Below, piece by piece: positions 51,740-64,000 of a DNA stretch of 64,000 bases; position 1 is the stretch's first letter, and each line of letters opens with the position of its first letter. A program made the translations under genes and the position numbers. Source of the DNA: Chiloscyllium plagiosum (taxonomy: Eukaryota); NCBI RefSeq assembly GCF_004010195.1, contig NC_057718.1, forward strand, positions 62,728,311 to 62,792,310, written 5' to 3'. The notes under the pieces were generated by a model. That model saw only the letters and a list, made by a program, of their open reading frames with translations, was not told the origin of the DNA and did no database searches.

Positions 51740-51835
51740 CTCCAAAAGTTCTGGTGAAACATCAAAGCTGTACTCCTTCCCATTTTCTTCCTCTGTGTCT
51801 ACACGCTTGTAAAACAGCATGTATGCACTGTGTGT
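51740..51835 (-). CDS. USP34: USP34 exon 5 (THSAYMLFYKRVDTEEENGKEYSFDVSPELLE)
   Basis: AYMLFY end-of-USP-domain motif; ttttag / gtattg; 96 nt. Confidence 0.95.
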
Positions 51836-52749
51836 CTAAAATCAAAATATTGCATCAGCAGAGTAAAAACGTACACATCTTTTCCTTTGGTAATGTATAT
51901 AACTTAGATTATTTTGTACATGGGGTTCAGTTTGAAAATTTGCAGTATCTGTTCTTAGATGAATAGGAGTATCTGCAATTTTAATGTGCCACAATAACTG
52001 CTATTTTATGGTTTCAATCAGTAATTGCACAAACTTACCATCAAAAGGTCCTACAAGTTAATCGAAAATGGTTTATGAAATTTTTTCAGGCACCAGTTTC
52101 TCCATCAGTAATTAAACTTTTTATGATTCAACAGTAAGTGATTAAACCAAAATAAAATTTGCTGAGGTGCAATCAGTTCTACTTATGGGATTTCTTTCTT
52201 AATATTTTTACTTGAAGTGTTTACTTGATGAAATTTATGATGCTTTTAATAAAAAGAATAAGTTAAACTTGTGAGAGAAAATGATTAAAGATGTTCTATC
52301 ACAACTACCTGTTGCAGATTTTATTTAAAGCGTATATTAAACTGGGGGGGGGGGGGGGGAAGTATGAGGAAAGAAAAAGCACCAAGATCTTTAATGTGAC
52401 ATCAATGTTCAGGAAGAGCCCTGGTTGAATTCTGAAGCCAAATACTTACGCACTTAAAGTTTATCGACAGAAAAGATCAATGGTAATAAGTGAGTCTGCA
52501 ACTCTAATTCCTATCAACTTTGAGCCAAGAGAGAAAGAGAAAAGTGAACCATCCTTTCTCATTTATCTTTTAAATAAATTGAAAGCTAAGGAAAATACTT
52601 AGAGGCAATCAAGGCTCCAGGCTTTTAAAATCACTTGAGAAACTAGTTTAGGCTGGGAGTGGCACAGTTGTGGACTGGAGGTCAAGGGTGTGGTGAATGA
52701 CACCAAAGCAATATGGGCAGAAGGTGTGGGGTTGAGTGGGTTGTGGGTT

Positions 52750-53450
52750 CAAATCAGAATTGAATTGAATTTATTGTCACTTGTACCAAGGCACAGTGAA
52801 AAGTTTTGTCTTGTGAGCAAAACAGGCAAATCACATAGTTAAATAGTATAGATAAGTAAATAATAGGTAAACAGTAGCAAAAACAAAAACACAGGTACAG
52901 GCGAACGTTAAGTGTTTGAGAGTCCATTCAGTATTCTAACAACAGTAGGGTAGAAACTGTTCCAAAATGGCTGATGCATGTGTTCAGGCTTCTGTATCTT
53001 CTCCCCGATGGCAGAGGTTGTAGAAAAACATTGCCAGGGTGGAATGGATCTTTCAGAACGCTGACTGCCTTTCCTTGACAGTGGGCCTTTTGGATGGATT
53101 TTGTGATTGTCTGGGCTGAGTTCACCACTCTGCATAACTATCTCCGATCTTGAATGGTACAGTTCCATACCTGGTAGTGATACATCCAGACAAAATGCTC
53201 TCGATGGTGCACCTATAAAAGTTGACAAAGGTATTTGTCGTCATGCCAAGTTTCCTCAGCTGCCTGAGGAAGAAGAGACGTTGTTGGGCGTTCGTAACCA
53301 GTGCAGCCACATGAAGAGTCCAAGAAAGCTTGTTGTGATGACCACTCCCAGGAGCTTGACACTTTCCACTCGTTCCACCACCACTAATGTGTAGGGGGGC
53401 ATGAGTAACATCCCGCCGAAAGTCAATAATTAGTTCCTTAGTTTTTCCCA
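52750..53450 (-). mobile_element. Rex1/Babar-like LINE 3' fragment
   Basis: KTKELIIDFRR...LSWTLHV...AQQRLFFLRQLRK...FYRCTIESILSGCIT; (aattc)n tail. Confidence 0.8.
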
Positions 53451-54295
53451 AGGAGACTTAGGAATGAGGAGATGGTTGTTAGCTGTAAAGCTTGCGGATA
53501 ATGGGAACGAAGTAGGTGAGTGAAGAGATTGCAAGAAAGAAAAAGTCAACTGCTAAAGCCAAGGTAGTTACTCTCTCCCACCACCTAAAAAAGGTATGAG
53601 AGTGTAAGGGAAAAAAAAAATTGAAAACAGGTAGCAGGACCATTAAAGAGAAAATGGATAGGGCCCAAAGGAAAATTAAAATAGCAGTAGTGTATAAACT
53701 AGAGGCAAGTAAGAGTTATAAAACTTCCTGCCTTGGTATGCTGTGTCACAGGAAATCAACTAGTTAAGTAGTGCAGAATTAAATTTGGGTGGAACCAACC
53801 TCCACTCTGGTCTAGAATAAATCTCAGTAATCATTGAAAGTAAAATTTTATCCAAGTCAGTTTATTTTGCCTTCAAATATAATATTTGGCATTACTCCTC
53901 AGTTTTCCTCACTATCTTCTTAACGTGGCAAATGATTCCAAAGAGTTAAGAACCAATACCTCATTCAATAGGAGAGCACAGACAAATATTCTAATCAACA
54001 AGTGGAATAGCTGCGCATGGCTTTATCATCAGAGACAAGGTAAATTTCATGCTGCGCATGGCTTTATCATCAAATCAAACATCTTCAGCTCTCAAACAAT
54101 TCAAATTGATTCATAATTTGTAATTACTGCCCACACCACATTGTAAATCAACATTAGTCTGATGGAGACCTGTATATTAAACCATGGCTATATTGCTAGT
54201 CCAAAGAACAGCATGTGTATAAATCTGCCCATCATGAATTCTCTGACTTTGTAACTAACAGAAATCCTCAACAAAATGGAAACAACTTCATTTGT

Positions 54296-54870
54296 CAGAG
54301 TCAAACTACATGGAAACAGAGCCTTCAGTTCAATTTGTCCACACCAACCATGTTCCCAAACTAAACTTGATCCACCCAAACCTTTCCTATTCATGAACTT
54401 ATCCAAATTTCTTTTAAACATTGTAACTGTTCATGCACACACCGCTTCCTCTATTTTTATATCTCAAACCCTCCATTCCTGGCAACATCCTGGTAAATCT
54501 TTCCTGAACTTCCTCAAGTTTAATAATATCCTTCCGATAACAGGGTGACCAGATTGGACACAGTACTGTAGAAGATGCCTCACCAATGTCTTGTACAACC
54601 CCAACATGACATCCCAACTCCTATACTCAAAAGGTATGAGCAATGAAGGCAAGTGTACTAAGTGTCTTTTTAACCACCCTGTCTACCTATGATGCAAATT
54701 TCAAAGAATTATGTGCCTGAATCCATAGGGGGCTCTGTTCTACTGCAACACTACCCAGGGCCTTAACCATTAATTGTATATGTCCGATCACTTTTGTACT
54801 ACCAAAATGTAATACTTCACATTTAACCAATTTAAACTCCATCTGCCTCTCCTCAGCCCACTGACCCTAT
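54296..54870 (-). mobile_element. CR1 LINE 3' fragment with internal deletions
   Basis: ORFs 54414..54617 and 54464..54652. Confidence 0.85.
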
Positions 54871-55769
54871 TCTGAGAGAGCTAGGTCTTAATCTCATGCA
54901 TATCTGCGCAACACAGCACTTATCGCTTGCTTGATTCATTGACACAGATTGTTATAAAGTTCTAGCAAGTGAAACATACATCTGTGGGTTGAAAACTTGA
55001 AACTGATCACTAAATCAACTATAGCATGTTGTGGCTGAAAGACAGGAGCAAGTTAGGTGAGGATATGCAAAAAAAAAGATTTTGCGACCAAAAAGTTCAG
55101 AAATCTTATACACCAAGATGACCTGTATGTTGCAAGATATATCATTTCTACAATGTATCAAAATAAATCAGTGATTAACATGCTTGATGTAGGAAAAATA
55201 AATTCAGGTCCATTATCTCCACATGCAAAGATCCCAATCTGAGCCATGCAGCCGACTAGTAGCAAACTAGTTTTAGCTCCCTACAAAATCTGAGCTCTGG
55301 TCACCTCCTTTGCAGGTCTTTTTTGAAACATTATTGGTTGCCTTTCATCCAGTAGCTAACTGGTGGAGTCTCAGCTATTTGACCAATTAATAAAATCCTC
55401 TAGGGGTCATGATTTACTCCTCAACCATTTGCTCAAAGAGGTTTGATCTTCTACTGGATAATGAACCTTGTTTCACCGTTCATTCCTTTCCTTCACAATT
55501 CTCTTCCTCCCTCTCTCTAGCCTACCTTGCTTCTACAGCGTTCTCCAAGTGCATGTCTCTTGCACCCTGCTTAATCTCAGTCCTTAATCTTCACTCTACT
55601 TTACAATGCCAATCAATATCAAGTAACAGAATAAAAGATCATTAGCAATAAAAACAACATCCCATTAGCACAACTGCAATTATTCTTTTCAGGATAGTTC
55701 CAAAACAGATAGTTTTTAAAGGTTTTGGAGATTTGGGTGGGAGAGAAGAGAAAAAGTTTTTAAAAAAAA

Positions 55770-57450
55770 AGTACAGCACAGAAGGAGGCCATTCAGCGCA
55801 CTGTGCCCCATTGTCTGAATAAACTGGCCATCCATTCTAATTCAATTTTCTAACATCACAACCTTGAAGATTACAGCACCTCATGTGCAGATCCAGGTTC
55901 CTTTCAAATTAATTAAGGGTTTTGCCTCAACCATCAAACTTGACAGTGAATCCAAGGCATCCATCACCCTCCGGATAAATGTTTTCCCTACATGCTCTCT
56001 AATTCTTCTACCAATCACATTTAAATCTGTGGCCCCCTGGTAACTGACCTCTCCAGTAGGGACAAGTCTTTCATGTCCACTTAATCCAAGCCCTTCATTA
56101 CGTTATGCACCTCAATTAAGTCACACTTCAGTCTCTTCCATTTCAAAGAAACCAATCATAGCCTATCCAATGTTTCTTCATAACTGCAATTTTCAAGTCC
56201 TGGCAAATTCTTGTATATCTCATCTGTAAACTCTAAAGCATTATGTGCTTCCTATAACTTGGTGAGCAGAAGAGGGTACAAAACCACAGCTGTGGTCAAA
56301 CTAGCACTTTATATAGTTCCAGCATTATAATCCCTGCTTTTGCATTGAGTATCTCATCCAATGAAGGAACGCAACTCAAACATACTTTGCTACCTTATTG
56401 AGCTGTTCTCCTACCTTCATGGGCCTGCAGATACACATTTGAAGGTCTCTTACTTTCTCTACCCCTCTCAATATTGTACAGTTTATTGAGTATCTGCTGC
56501 TTTGTTCACTCTCCCCTTATGGATAACCTAGTACTTTACAGGATTGAATTCTATTTACCATTTATCCACCCATTCCATCAAACTACTGATGTAATCCTGG
56601 AGCCAACAACCATCTTCTTCACTATCAACTACCCAGAAAAATTTTGTGTTGCCTGCAAATTTCCCAATTATGCTTACCACATACAAGTCCAAATCATTCA
56701 TATATACAACGAACAACGAAGGATCCAAAATACAGCTCTGTAGAACACCACTAGAAAACATTTTCCATTCACAGAAACGTCCGTTAACAATTATCCTGTG
56801 CTTCTGGTCACCGAGCAAACATTTGGTCAAATTGTAACATTTCCTGTACTCCATGGGCTTTAATTTTTCTTGACCAGTTTGCCATGTGGAACATTGTAAA
56901 TGTCTTATTAAAATCTGATTAGAATATAGGGTACATCCAGTGCACTACCTACATCAATCTCCTTATTATTTCCTCAAACATTCAACTGAATAACACATGA
57001 CTTTCACTTCACAAAACCATGCTGACTATTCCTGATCAATCTGTGCCTAAGTAATAGATAATTCTGTGTCTCAGCAATGATTCTGGTCATTTGCCCACCA
57101 CTGAGGTCAGACTGACCAGTCTCTCTTTCACACCCTTTTTGAATAATAGCACAACATTTACAAATCTCCAATCCTTTAATATCTATAGTGAGGAATGCAA
57201 AATGATCCTCAGAGCATCCACTATTCCTCCCTGACTTCCTTTAGCAGCTTAGGATACAATTTCTCTGACCTTGGTGATTTATCTACCTTCAATGAGGTCA
57301 GTATCTCCAGTATTTCCTTCATTATGCTTATTTTATCTAATATTTCACACTCCTCTTTAACTAGAATGACTGCATCATCCAACCCCTTTGTGAAGACAGA
57401 GGCAAAGCACTCATCAAGAAGCCTGCCCACATCTGCATCCATGCACAGGT
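55770..57450 (-). mobile_element. CR1 LINE ORF2 fragment, decayed
   Basis: SGVLQSCILDPSLFVVYMNDL; FASVFTK...LKVDKSP...LYPKLLKEVREE. Confidence 0.85.
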
Positions 57451-57544
57451 TGTGAAGTACTAAAGATTGCAAAGTACTAGTTAAGGCTCCTCATTCTAAA
57501 AAATAATCGAAAAGAAATCTTAATTATTCTCCAAAAATATTTAC

Positions 57545-57598
57545 CTTTTCAAAGGAAAAATCCATGAACTTGTCTGTGACAGAATCATATGTTTTGGT
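57545..57598 (-). CDS. USP34: USP34 exon 4 (TKTYDSVTDKFMDFSFEK)
   Basis: Peptide matches USP34; ttttag / gtaaat; 54 nt. Confidence 0.95.
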
Positions 57599-58761
57599 CT
57601 AAAAAAAATTAAAAAAAAATTAAAGTGTTGCATAATTCAAAGTCCTGGAAGTTGACAAGAAATATAAGCACAGCCCTGAGATTTTAAATGTTTGTTGCAC
57701 AGAAACATGGTAACTGGATATTAAATAGAAGGTAGCAAACAAGCTTGATTGCATCAAATAATGGGAGAATGTACAAAGTACAGGTGATGTTGGAGTGAGG
57801 TCAGGAAGTGGGTTAAATAACAAAGGCACTGATTAATGAACATTACTCTAAAAGGTCATTTGTACAGAATGATGCAAAATGAAAATACTTGTGGACAGGA
57901 TTACAAGGCAACCAAAAGGATCAAAATTATTTTGTACATACATTGAAAGCAACAAACATAGTAAAGATCTTTTATACTAATAACATCATCCAATATTACT
58001 GTTACAAATCAGTTTTGGCATTGATATTTTTAAAGTCGACATTTGGGAAATTTCTATCAAAAGAGAATGCACATGAAAGATAATCTAGTTCCACAAAATA
58101 CAGGCAATAAAAAGGACTCTTTTCTGTCAATTCTTCTCCCTTTCTCATTTGAAGGGATTGACTCCATACATCCAGGAATCAGACATTTTCAAACATTTCT
58201 GTAAAGTCTGTGTAATGAGAGTTTGCAGACTAATTGTTTGGGGCTTCAGGGTGTTGGAGCAATTGATCTTAATCCTATCTTCCCGCAGGAATTTCTCAAT
58301 TGACCTCAGTGGAGATCACTGGATATCAATCAGCAGCAAGGAACCATGTCAGCTAGGTCCCTGCCTTGCTCCACAGCACTGATACTAAATGCAGTACATC
58401 TTTTCCATTCTGGATTAAAGAAACTAATTCTTGGGAGACCAGAAGTTTTTTTTTATATTTTAGCTGTGGCACATATTATTTTTATCAATGGTGCTGTCAA
58501 TCCAGTTTCAAAAATAAACAGATCTCCTTAGTCAAGTGGCAAAGCCCTAAAATTACCAGAGGTCTTAAAACTGGACATTAAAAGTATACAGTAATTTTCA
58601 TTAAAATTTACCCTAAATAAATGAACAGAGGAATTAGATTGTCAAAATACAATGATTGTTCTTAAATGGATAGCAAAGTAAATGCCAGAAAAGAGGTAAT
58701 ACTGCCACTTACATCTACTGTTCCTGTGAGAAACAATCAGAAAAAGAAAACTAGAACTTAC

Positions 58762-58840
58762 TGTCATTTCTCCACCAAAGCATTCAGAGGCAAGTTGAGT
58801 AGAATCAAATGGTTTTACCTCAGCATCATTAAATAGATAC
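58762..58840 (-). CDS. USP34: USP34 exon 3 (YLFNDAEVKPFDSTQLASECFGGEMT)
   Basis: WYLFND catalytic-box motif across the junction; ctttag / gtaagt; 79 nt. Confidence 0.96.
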
Positions 58841-59059
58841 CTAAAGAGGGGTTAAAAACCACAGCTATTAAAACAAATGGTATTAGCTCTTTTACCCAGT
58901 CTTATGTAAAAAGTTTTACATGGGATACAATTTCACTTAATTGGCATTAAGCCAATAACGAAGATACTGTTAATTTCTACTTTCAGAGAAAGGAAATATG
59001 AGGTGTTAAAGGAGCCCATACGACTAACTTGAAAATTGACACTATAAACATCTGCTTAC

Positions 59060-59210
59060 CATTTATTGTTTTTATAAGCATGAAGATTCACAATATCTCT
59101 GATAAAACTATAATAATGCCCTCCATCTGCTGTCCCTGTGTGCACAGTCACTCCAATCAAATCATACTCAAAGCTTTCACTTTGTTTAACTTCACCATTC
59201 TCTTTAAAAC
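59060..59210 (-). CDS. USP34: USP34 exon 2 (FKENGEVKQSESFEYDLIGVTVHTGTADGGHYYSFIRDIVNLHAYKNNK(W)); contains His box
   Basis: USP His-box motif GGHYYSFI; ttcag / gtaagc; 151 nt; phases fit neighbours. Confidence 0.96.
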
Positions 59211-59899
59211 CTGAAATGAAATAAAAACAAAGTTCACTTCAGCATGACATTGCCAGTTAAGTCTGTTTAGAAAAGAAGGCTCGTGTTGTAACTCATCCAA
59301 CATTGGAAGGTTTTTAATCAATGAGCACGTAGCAGCATCAAACTGATTGAAATTCAACTGCAGGACATAAGCATGAACTGCTTCAACTTATTCTGTCACA
59401 GTAGTGGATATAGCAATCTCAATCTCTATAAAGCTAAACGTCATGACATTTGAGTTATGACATTCGGTGAAGTGCACTTTCTGCACAGCTCTAGAATACA
59501 ATGTTTTACATAATTAACCAAAAGTGCATGCATTAACAAGGATTAGAGGAGAACATTGAACAGATTTACATCTAGCTTCCTTTATCCTTTTAAAGACAAT
59601 TCAGAATTAATCTCTTTGCAGTCACTCACAAAAAAGTATAGTTAGAACACTAAAATTTTGTATCAACAGTCAATTTCAGTATATACAAAACAATTAGAAG
59701 AAAATCTCAATTAGCATGTAGGACTGAAACCCTACGAAACTGATTTACATCTTGGAAACTGCCATAACAACTAGCATATTAGTTACCAAAAAAAATCAGG
59801 GAAATATGAATGACATTTCATCAGACAACTGAGTTTTTAACATTATTCTCTATTTGTAGTGAAGCAGAATTATTAAATTAAATAAAACTATTACAGTAC

Positions 59900-60072
59900 C
59901 ATCTACACGGTCAGTTTTTCCCATAAGATAATCTTCAGTGTAAGGAGTCATGTCAAGTCTCAGAGGAAAAGAGAAGTGGGTGTTGACTTTTTCTTTCATC
60001 ATTGTAACCATATTGAAAGTGTAACGCATGGTATTGAAACTCAAGATTCGAGGTAATTTCTTGAAACAAGCC
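59900..60072 (-). CDS. USP34: USP34 coding exon 1 of 21 in window ((R)ACFKKLPRILSFNTMRY...DYLMGKTDRVD(G)); USP catalytic domain
   Basis: Translation matches recalled vertebrate USP34; acceptor tcacag, donor gtactg; 173 nt. Confidence 0.95.
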
Positions 60073-60569
60073 CTGTGACAGATGCAAAAAGAAACAATCA
60101 CAGTGGGCAAAAATGTACATATTTATTCATTCCAAGTATCCAGCGGAATTAAATCCATTGGTAGTGCATGCCTGTGTTATATTTTCTTTTAAGAAAAATT
60201 CTGTTTGATTTAAACGCCAATACAGTTAATATCTCATGTAAAGACATCCCTTCCAGATATACATGTTTTCCTCTTTCGGACAGATAACAAAGTTGCAGAT
60301 GGAATGCCATGGTAGCAGTGTTGAGTGGTGGAAAATACTCTTACAGTAGCATCACTGGAATCATTGCATAATATGTAAAACAACATTTAAAACAGGGTTT
60401 TTTCAGTGATCAGCAAATTTTATTACTCAACAACTAATATCAATCATGCTGTTGAATGTTCAAGAGTCCCATCATGCTTATTAATTTAAAAATGCAATTA
60501 ATTGGCTATGGTACAAAGCCTAAATATTGCTAGAAAGAGACAAAGTCAAAGCATTTCAGTTTGCACTTA

Positions 60570-63500
60570 ACCATAAGATATGGGAGCAGAATGAGGCAAT
60601 TCGACCCATCGAATTGGCTCCATCATTTGATCATGACTGAAATGTTTCTCAATTCCATTCTCCTGCCTTCTCCCCCTTGATTCTTGATTATTAAGAGATT
60701 CAAGGGTCATCTGTCTCGGTGTTAAATAACTCAATGACTTGGCCTCTACAGCCTTCTGTAGCAATAAGTTCCACAGCTCCATCTCCCTCATCAATTCCTC
60801 ATCAATTCTAAAGGAGGCCGTGCCCTTCTAGTCTGTTTTATGGTGGAAGCAGCTTCTCTACATCCACTTGATCCAGTCTTTGTAGAATTCTGTAAGTTTC
60901 AATGAGATTCCTCCTTATCCTTCTAAACATTGTCAAATACAGATCCAGAATCCTCAACCACCCCTCAAATGACAAGCCCTTGGTTCATGGGATCAATCTT
61001 GTAAAATACCTCTGAATCCCCTCATTGACCAGCACATCTTTCCTTTGATGCAGGGCCCAAACTGCTCACAGCATTTCAAAATGTGGTCTGACCAGAGCCT
61101 TGCATAGCCTGAGCAGAGCATCTCTGCTCTTGTATTCTAGCCCTCTTGAAATGAATGCTAACATTGTATTTGCATTCCGAAATGCCAACTGAACCTGCAT
61201 GTCAACCTTAAGGGAATGCTGATCTCGGACTCCCAGGCCTCTTTGTGCCTCACATTTCCAAAGCCTTTCCTCATTTAAAAAATGTACACCTCATTTGCTA
61301 CTCTAGTCTTCCTACCAAAGTGCATAACCTCATACCTGGCCACATTGCACTATATGTCACTTACTTGTCCAGCCTGTCCAAGTCCTTCTGCAGCCTCCCT
61401 GCTTCCTCAACAGTACCTGTCCCTCCATCTACCTTTATCATCTGCAAACTTAGCAACAATGCCCTCAGTTTCTTCATGCACACTCTGTCTTCTGTCAGGT
61501 AGCCAATCTTCTATCCAATCTAACATAATGGGTTGGATCTTATTTAGCAGCCTCCTGTGCAGCACCTTGTCAAAGGCCTTCTGGAAGTCCAAATAGATCA
61601 CGTTCACTGGCTCTACTTTGTCTAACATACTCATGACCTCCTCAAAGAATTTAAACAGATTTGTCAGGCATCACCTCTTCTTGATGAAGCCATGCTGACT
61701 CAGCCCTATTTTACCATGCACTTCCAAGCAATCTGCAATCTCATCCTTAATAATGGACTCCAAAATCTTACCAATGACTGAGGTCAGGCTAACCAGCCTT
61801 TAGTTTCCTGCCCATCTCCCTGCATAAACATACCATAAGAAACAGTAACAGGAGTAAGCCATTTGGCACCTCAAGCCTGCTCTGATATACAATAGGATCA
61901 TAGCTGGTCTGATATTTCTCATACCCACTTTCTTGCATAACCCTTTATTTTTCTGTTCTGATCAAGAATTTGTCCATCTCAGTCTTAAATGTACAAAGAG
62001 ACACTATTCCCACAGCTCTCTGTGGCAATAGGTTCCAAAGATTCTCAATCCTCAGAAAAAATTCTCTCTCATCAGTCTTAAATTGGTGCCTCTTTATTCG
62101 GAGGCCATGCCCTCTGGTCCTAGACTCTCCTATGAGGGGGAACATCCCATCAGCATTTACCCTCTCAAGTCCCTTGAGAATCCTATACGGAGATCACCTT
62201 CCACCTTCTAAACTCCAATGAGTAAAATCACAATCGGTTTAGCCTTTGCTCATTAGGCAATCCTTTCATTCCAGGGATCATCCTAGTGAACCTTCGCTGA
62301 ACTGCCTCCAACATAATAATCTTTCCTTAATTAAGAGGACCAAAACTGCTTTCCATAAATGGTCTCACCAGCATCTTGTACAGTTGCAGAATGACTTTCC
62401 TACTTTTGCACTACAACCCCTTTGAAATAAAAGTCAGCATTCCATCAGCCTTCTTGATTACTTGCTGCATCTATAGGCTAATACCACAAAGTCCTTTTTG
62501 TGTTGCAGCATTCTGCAGTTTTTTCCATTTAAATAATATTCTGTTCTTTCATTGTCCCTTCCAAAATGTAGTGGAGGCACTTGACGAAGGAGCAGTGCTC
62601 TGAAAGCTAGTGTTTTCAAATAAACCTGTTGGACTATAAACTGGTGGCGTGTGATTTTTGACCTCTTTCAAAATGAACAACTTCATATTTTGCCATCACC
62701 CACCTTTCTGTCCACTTACTTGACCTATGAATCTCTCTCTGCAAAATGTTTCTATCCCTCTCACAACCTGTCTTTCCATCTATTTTTGTATCGTCTGCAC
62801 ATCTGGCCACAGTACATTCACTTCCTTTCCCAAAGTCATCAACATATATTGTAACCAGTTATGGTCCCACCACAGATACCTATGGAATCCCACTGTTCAT
62901 GGTTCACTAACCTGAAAAAGAATGCTTTATCTCCACTCACTGTCTCCTGCCATCAGCCACTTCCTTATTTATGCCAATATACTAATGCCAAGGGCTCTTA
63001 TCTTAGAACTGACTGTTTCAGAGGTACCTTGTTGAATCCACTCTCAAAGTCCAAATACAATATATCTATTGGTTCCCCGCTATCCGCCCTAGTTGAGACT
63101 TATTCAAGAAACTCCAAAATATTTGCCAGACACAATTTCTCTTTAATGAAGCCATGCTGACTCTGCTTAATTAGATTATGATTTTCCAAATATGCTGTTA
63201 CTTCTTTAATAATTAATTCCAATAGTTTTCCAACAATGTTAGGATAAGCAGCCTATAGTTACCCATTTTTTTGCCAACTCCCTTTTTGAATATGGGTATC
63301 ACATTAGCAGTTGTCTAAACCCTTGGCACTTTACCAGAATGCAAGGATTTTTGGAAAATCACAACCAATGCATTACTATCTCTGTGGATCCTCCTTTTAG
63401 GAATCCTAGGACGCAAGCCATCTGGGCCAGGAGACTTATTGCCTTGAGCCCCATTAGTTTGTCTAATACTTTTAGTGGTGGTGATGGTACTTAATTCCTA

Positions 63501-64000
63501 CCTGTATTCTTCATTGGATGTTTGAAGTTTCTTCCACTGTAAAGACTGATGATAATTGTCAGTTTAACTATTCAGCCATTTCCTCATTCCCCATCTCCCT
63601 AGGTTCATTCTCTAAGGGACATATGTTCACTTTGATCTCTCTCTTCTTTTTATATATTAGAAAAGCTCTTATGGTCAGTTTTTTATTCTTCACTAGTTTA
63701 ACCTCTTAGTTTATTTTCTCTCAATCTTTTTAGTGTTTCTTTGTTAGATTCTGAACTAATCCCAGTCTTCTGGGCTATGACTGAATTTTGCCTCCTCATA
63801 TGCTTTTTCATTCAACTTAAAACACTCCTTAACTTCCTTGGTTAGTCATGGTTAGTTTATCATTCTCCTCAGAATCATTCCTTCCTGGGATGTATTTTTG
63901 ATGATAGTCATGAATTACCTCCTGAAATGCCTAACATTGCTTGCTTACTGTCATTCTTGCTAATCTATCCACCATTTCACTTCAGCTGACGATATTCATT
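60570..64000 (-). mobile_element. Two tandem CR1 LINE fragments (about 60570-61810 and 61830-64000)
   Basis: YLDFQKAFDKV, FADD, QHGF motifs; two 3' ends. Confidence 0.88.
62569..62660 (+). mobile_element. Solo family C pLTR segment inserted in CR1
   Basis: Similar to 25397-25478; imperfect caaaatg flanking repeat. Confidence 0.7.

Noticed and set aside
52344..52359. G16 run as a functional G-quadruplex
   Set aside because: Simple homopolymer with no supporting context; length is error-prone

Overview
Vertebrate genomic DNA, most likely a cartilaginous fish (shark) judging from HE1-type SINEs, Deu-domain SINEs and abundant CR1 LINEs. The whole window lies inside the deubiquitinase gene USP34 on the minus strand. 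I resolved 21 consecutive GT-AG coding exons (60072 down to 4265; 2616 nt; phases consistent, frame open), running from the C-terminal half of the USP catalytic domain (His box GGHYYSF, WYLFND) into the long C-terminal region. The gene continues beyond both window ends. Introns are dense with retroelements: CR1 LINEs (some nested), tRNA-derived SINEs, Rex1- and RTE-like fragments, decayed Gypsy protease/integrase/LTR remnants, and at least three Penelope-like (PLE) families. The most notable non-genic signal is about a dozen minimal hammerhead-ribozyme motifs in PLE pseudo-LTRs, several arranged as short fold-back insertions with target-site duplications and an asymmetric tail. Other points of interest: an 83-bp inverted templated insertion with a tandem duplication, a triple in-frame splice acceptor, and two candidate microexons. 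Repeat boundaries are approximate; family names come from recalled motifs, not database searches.
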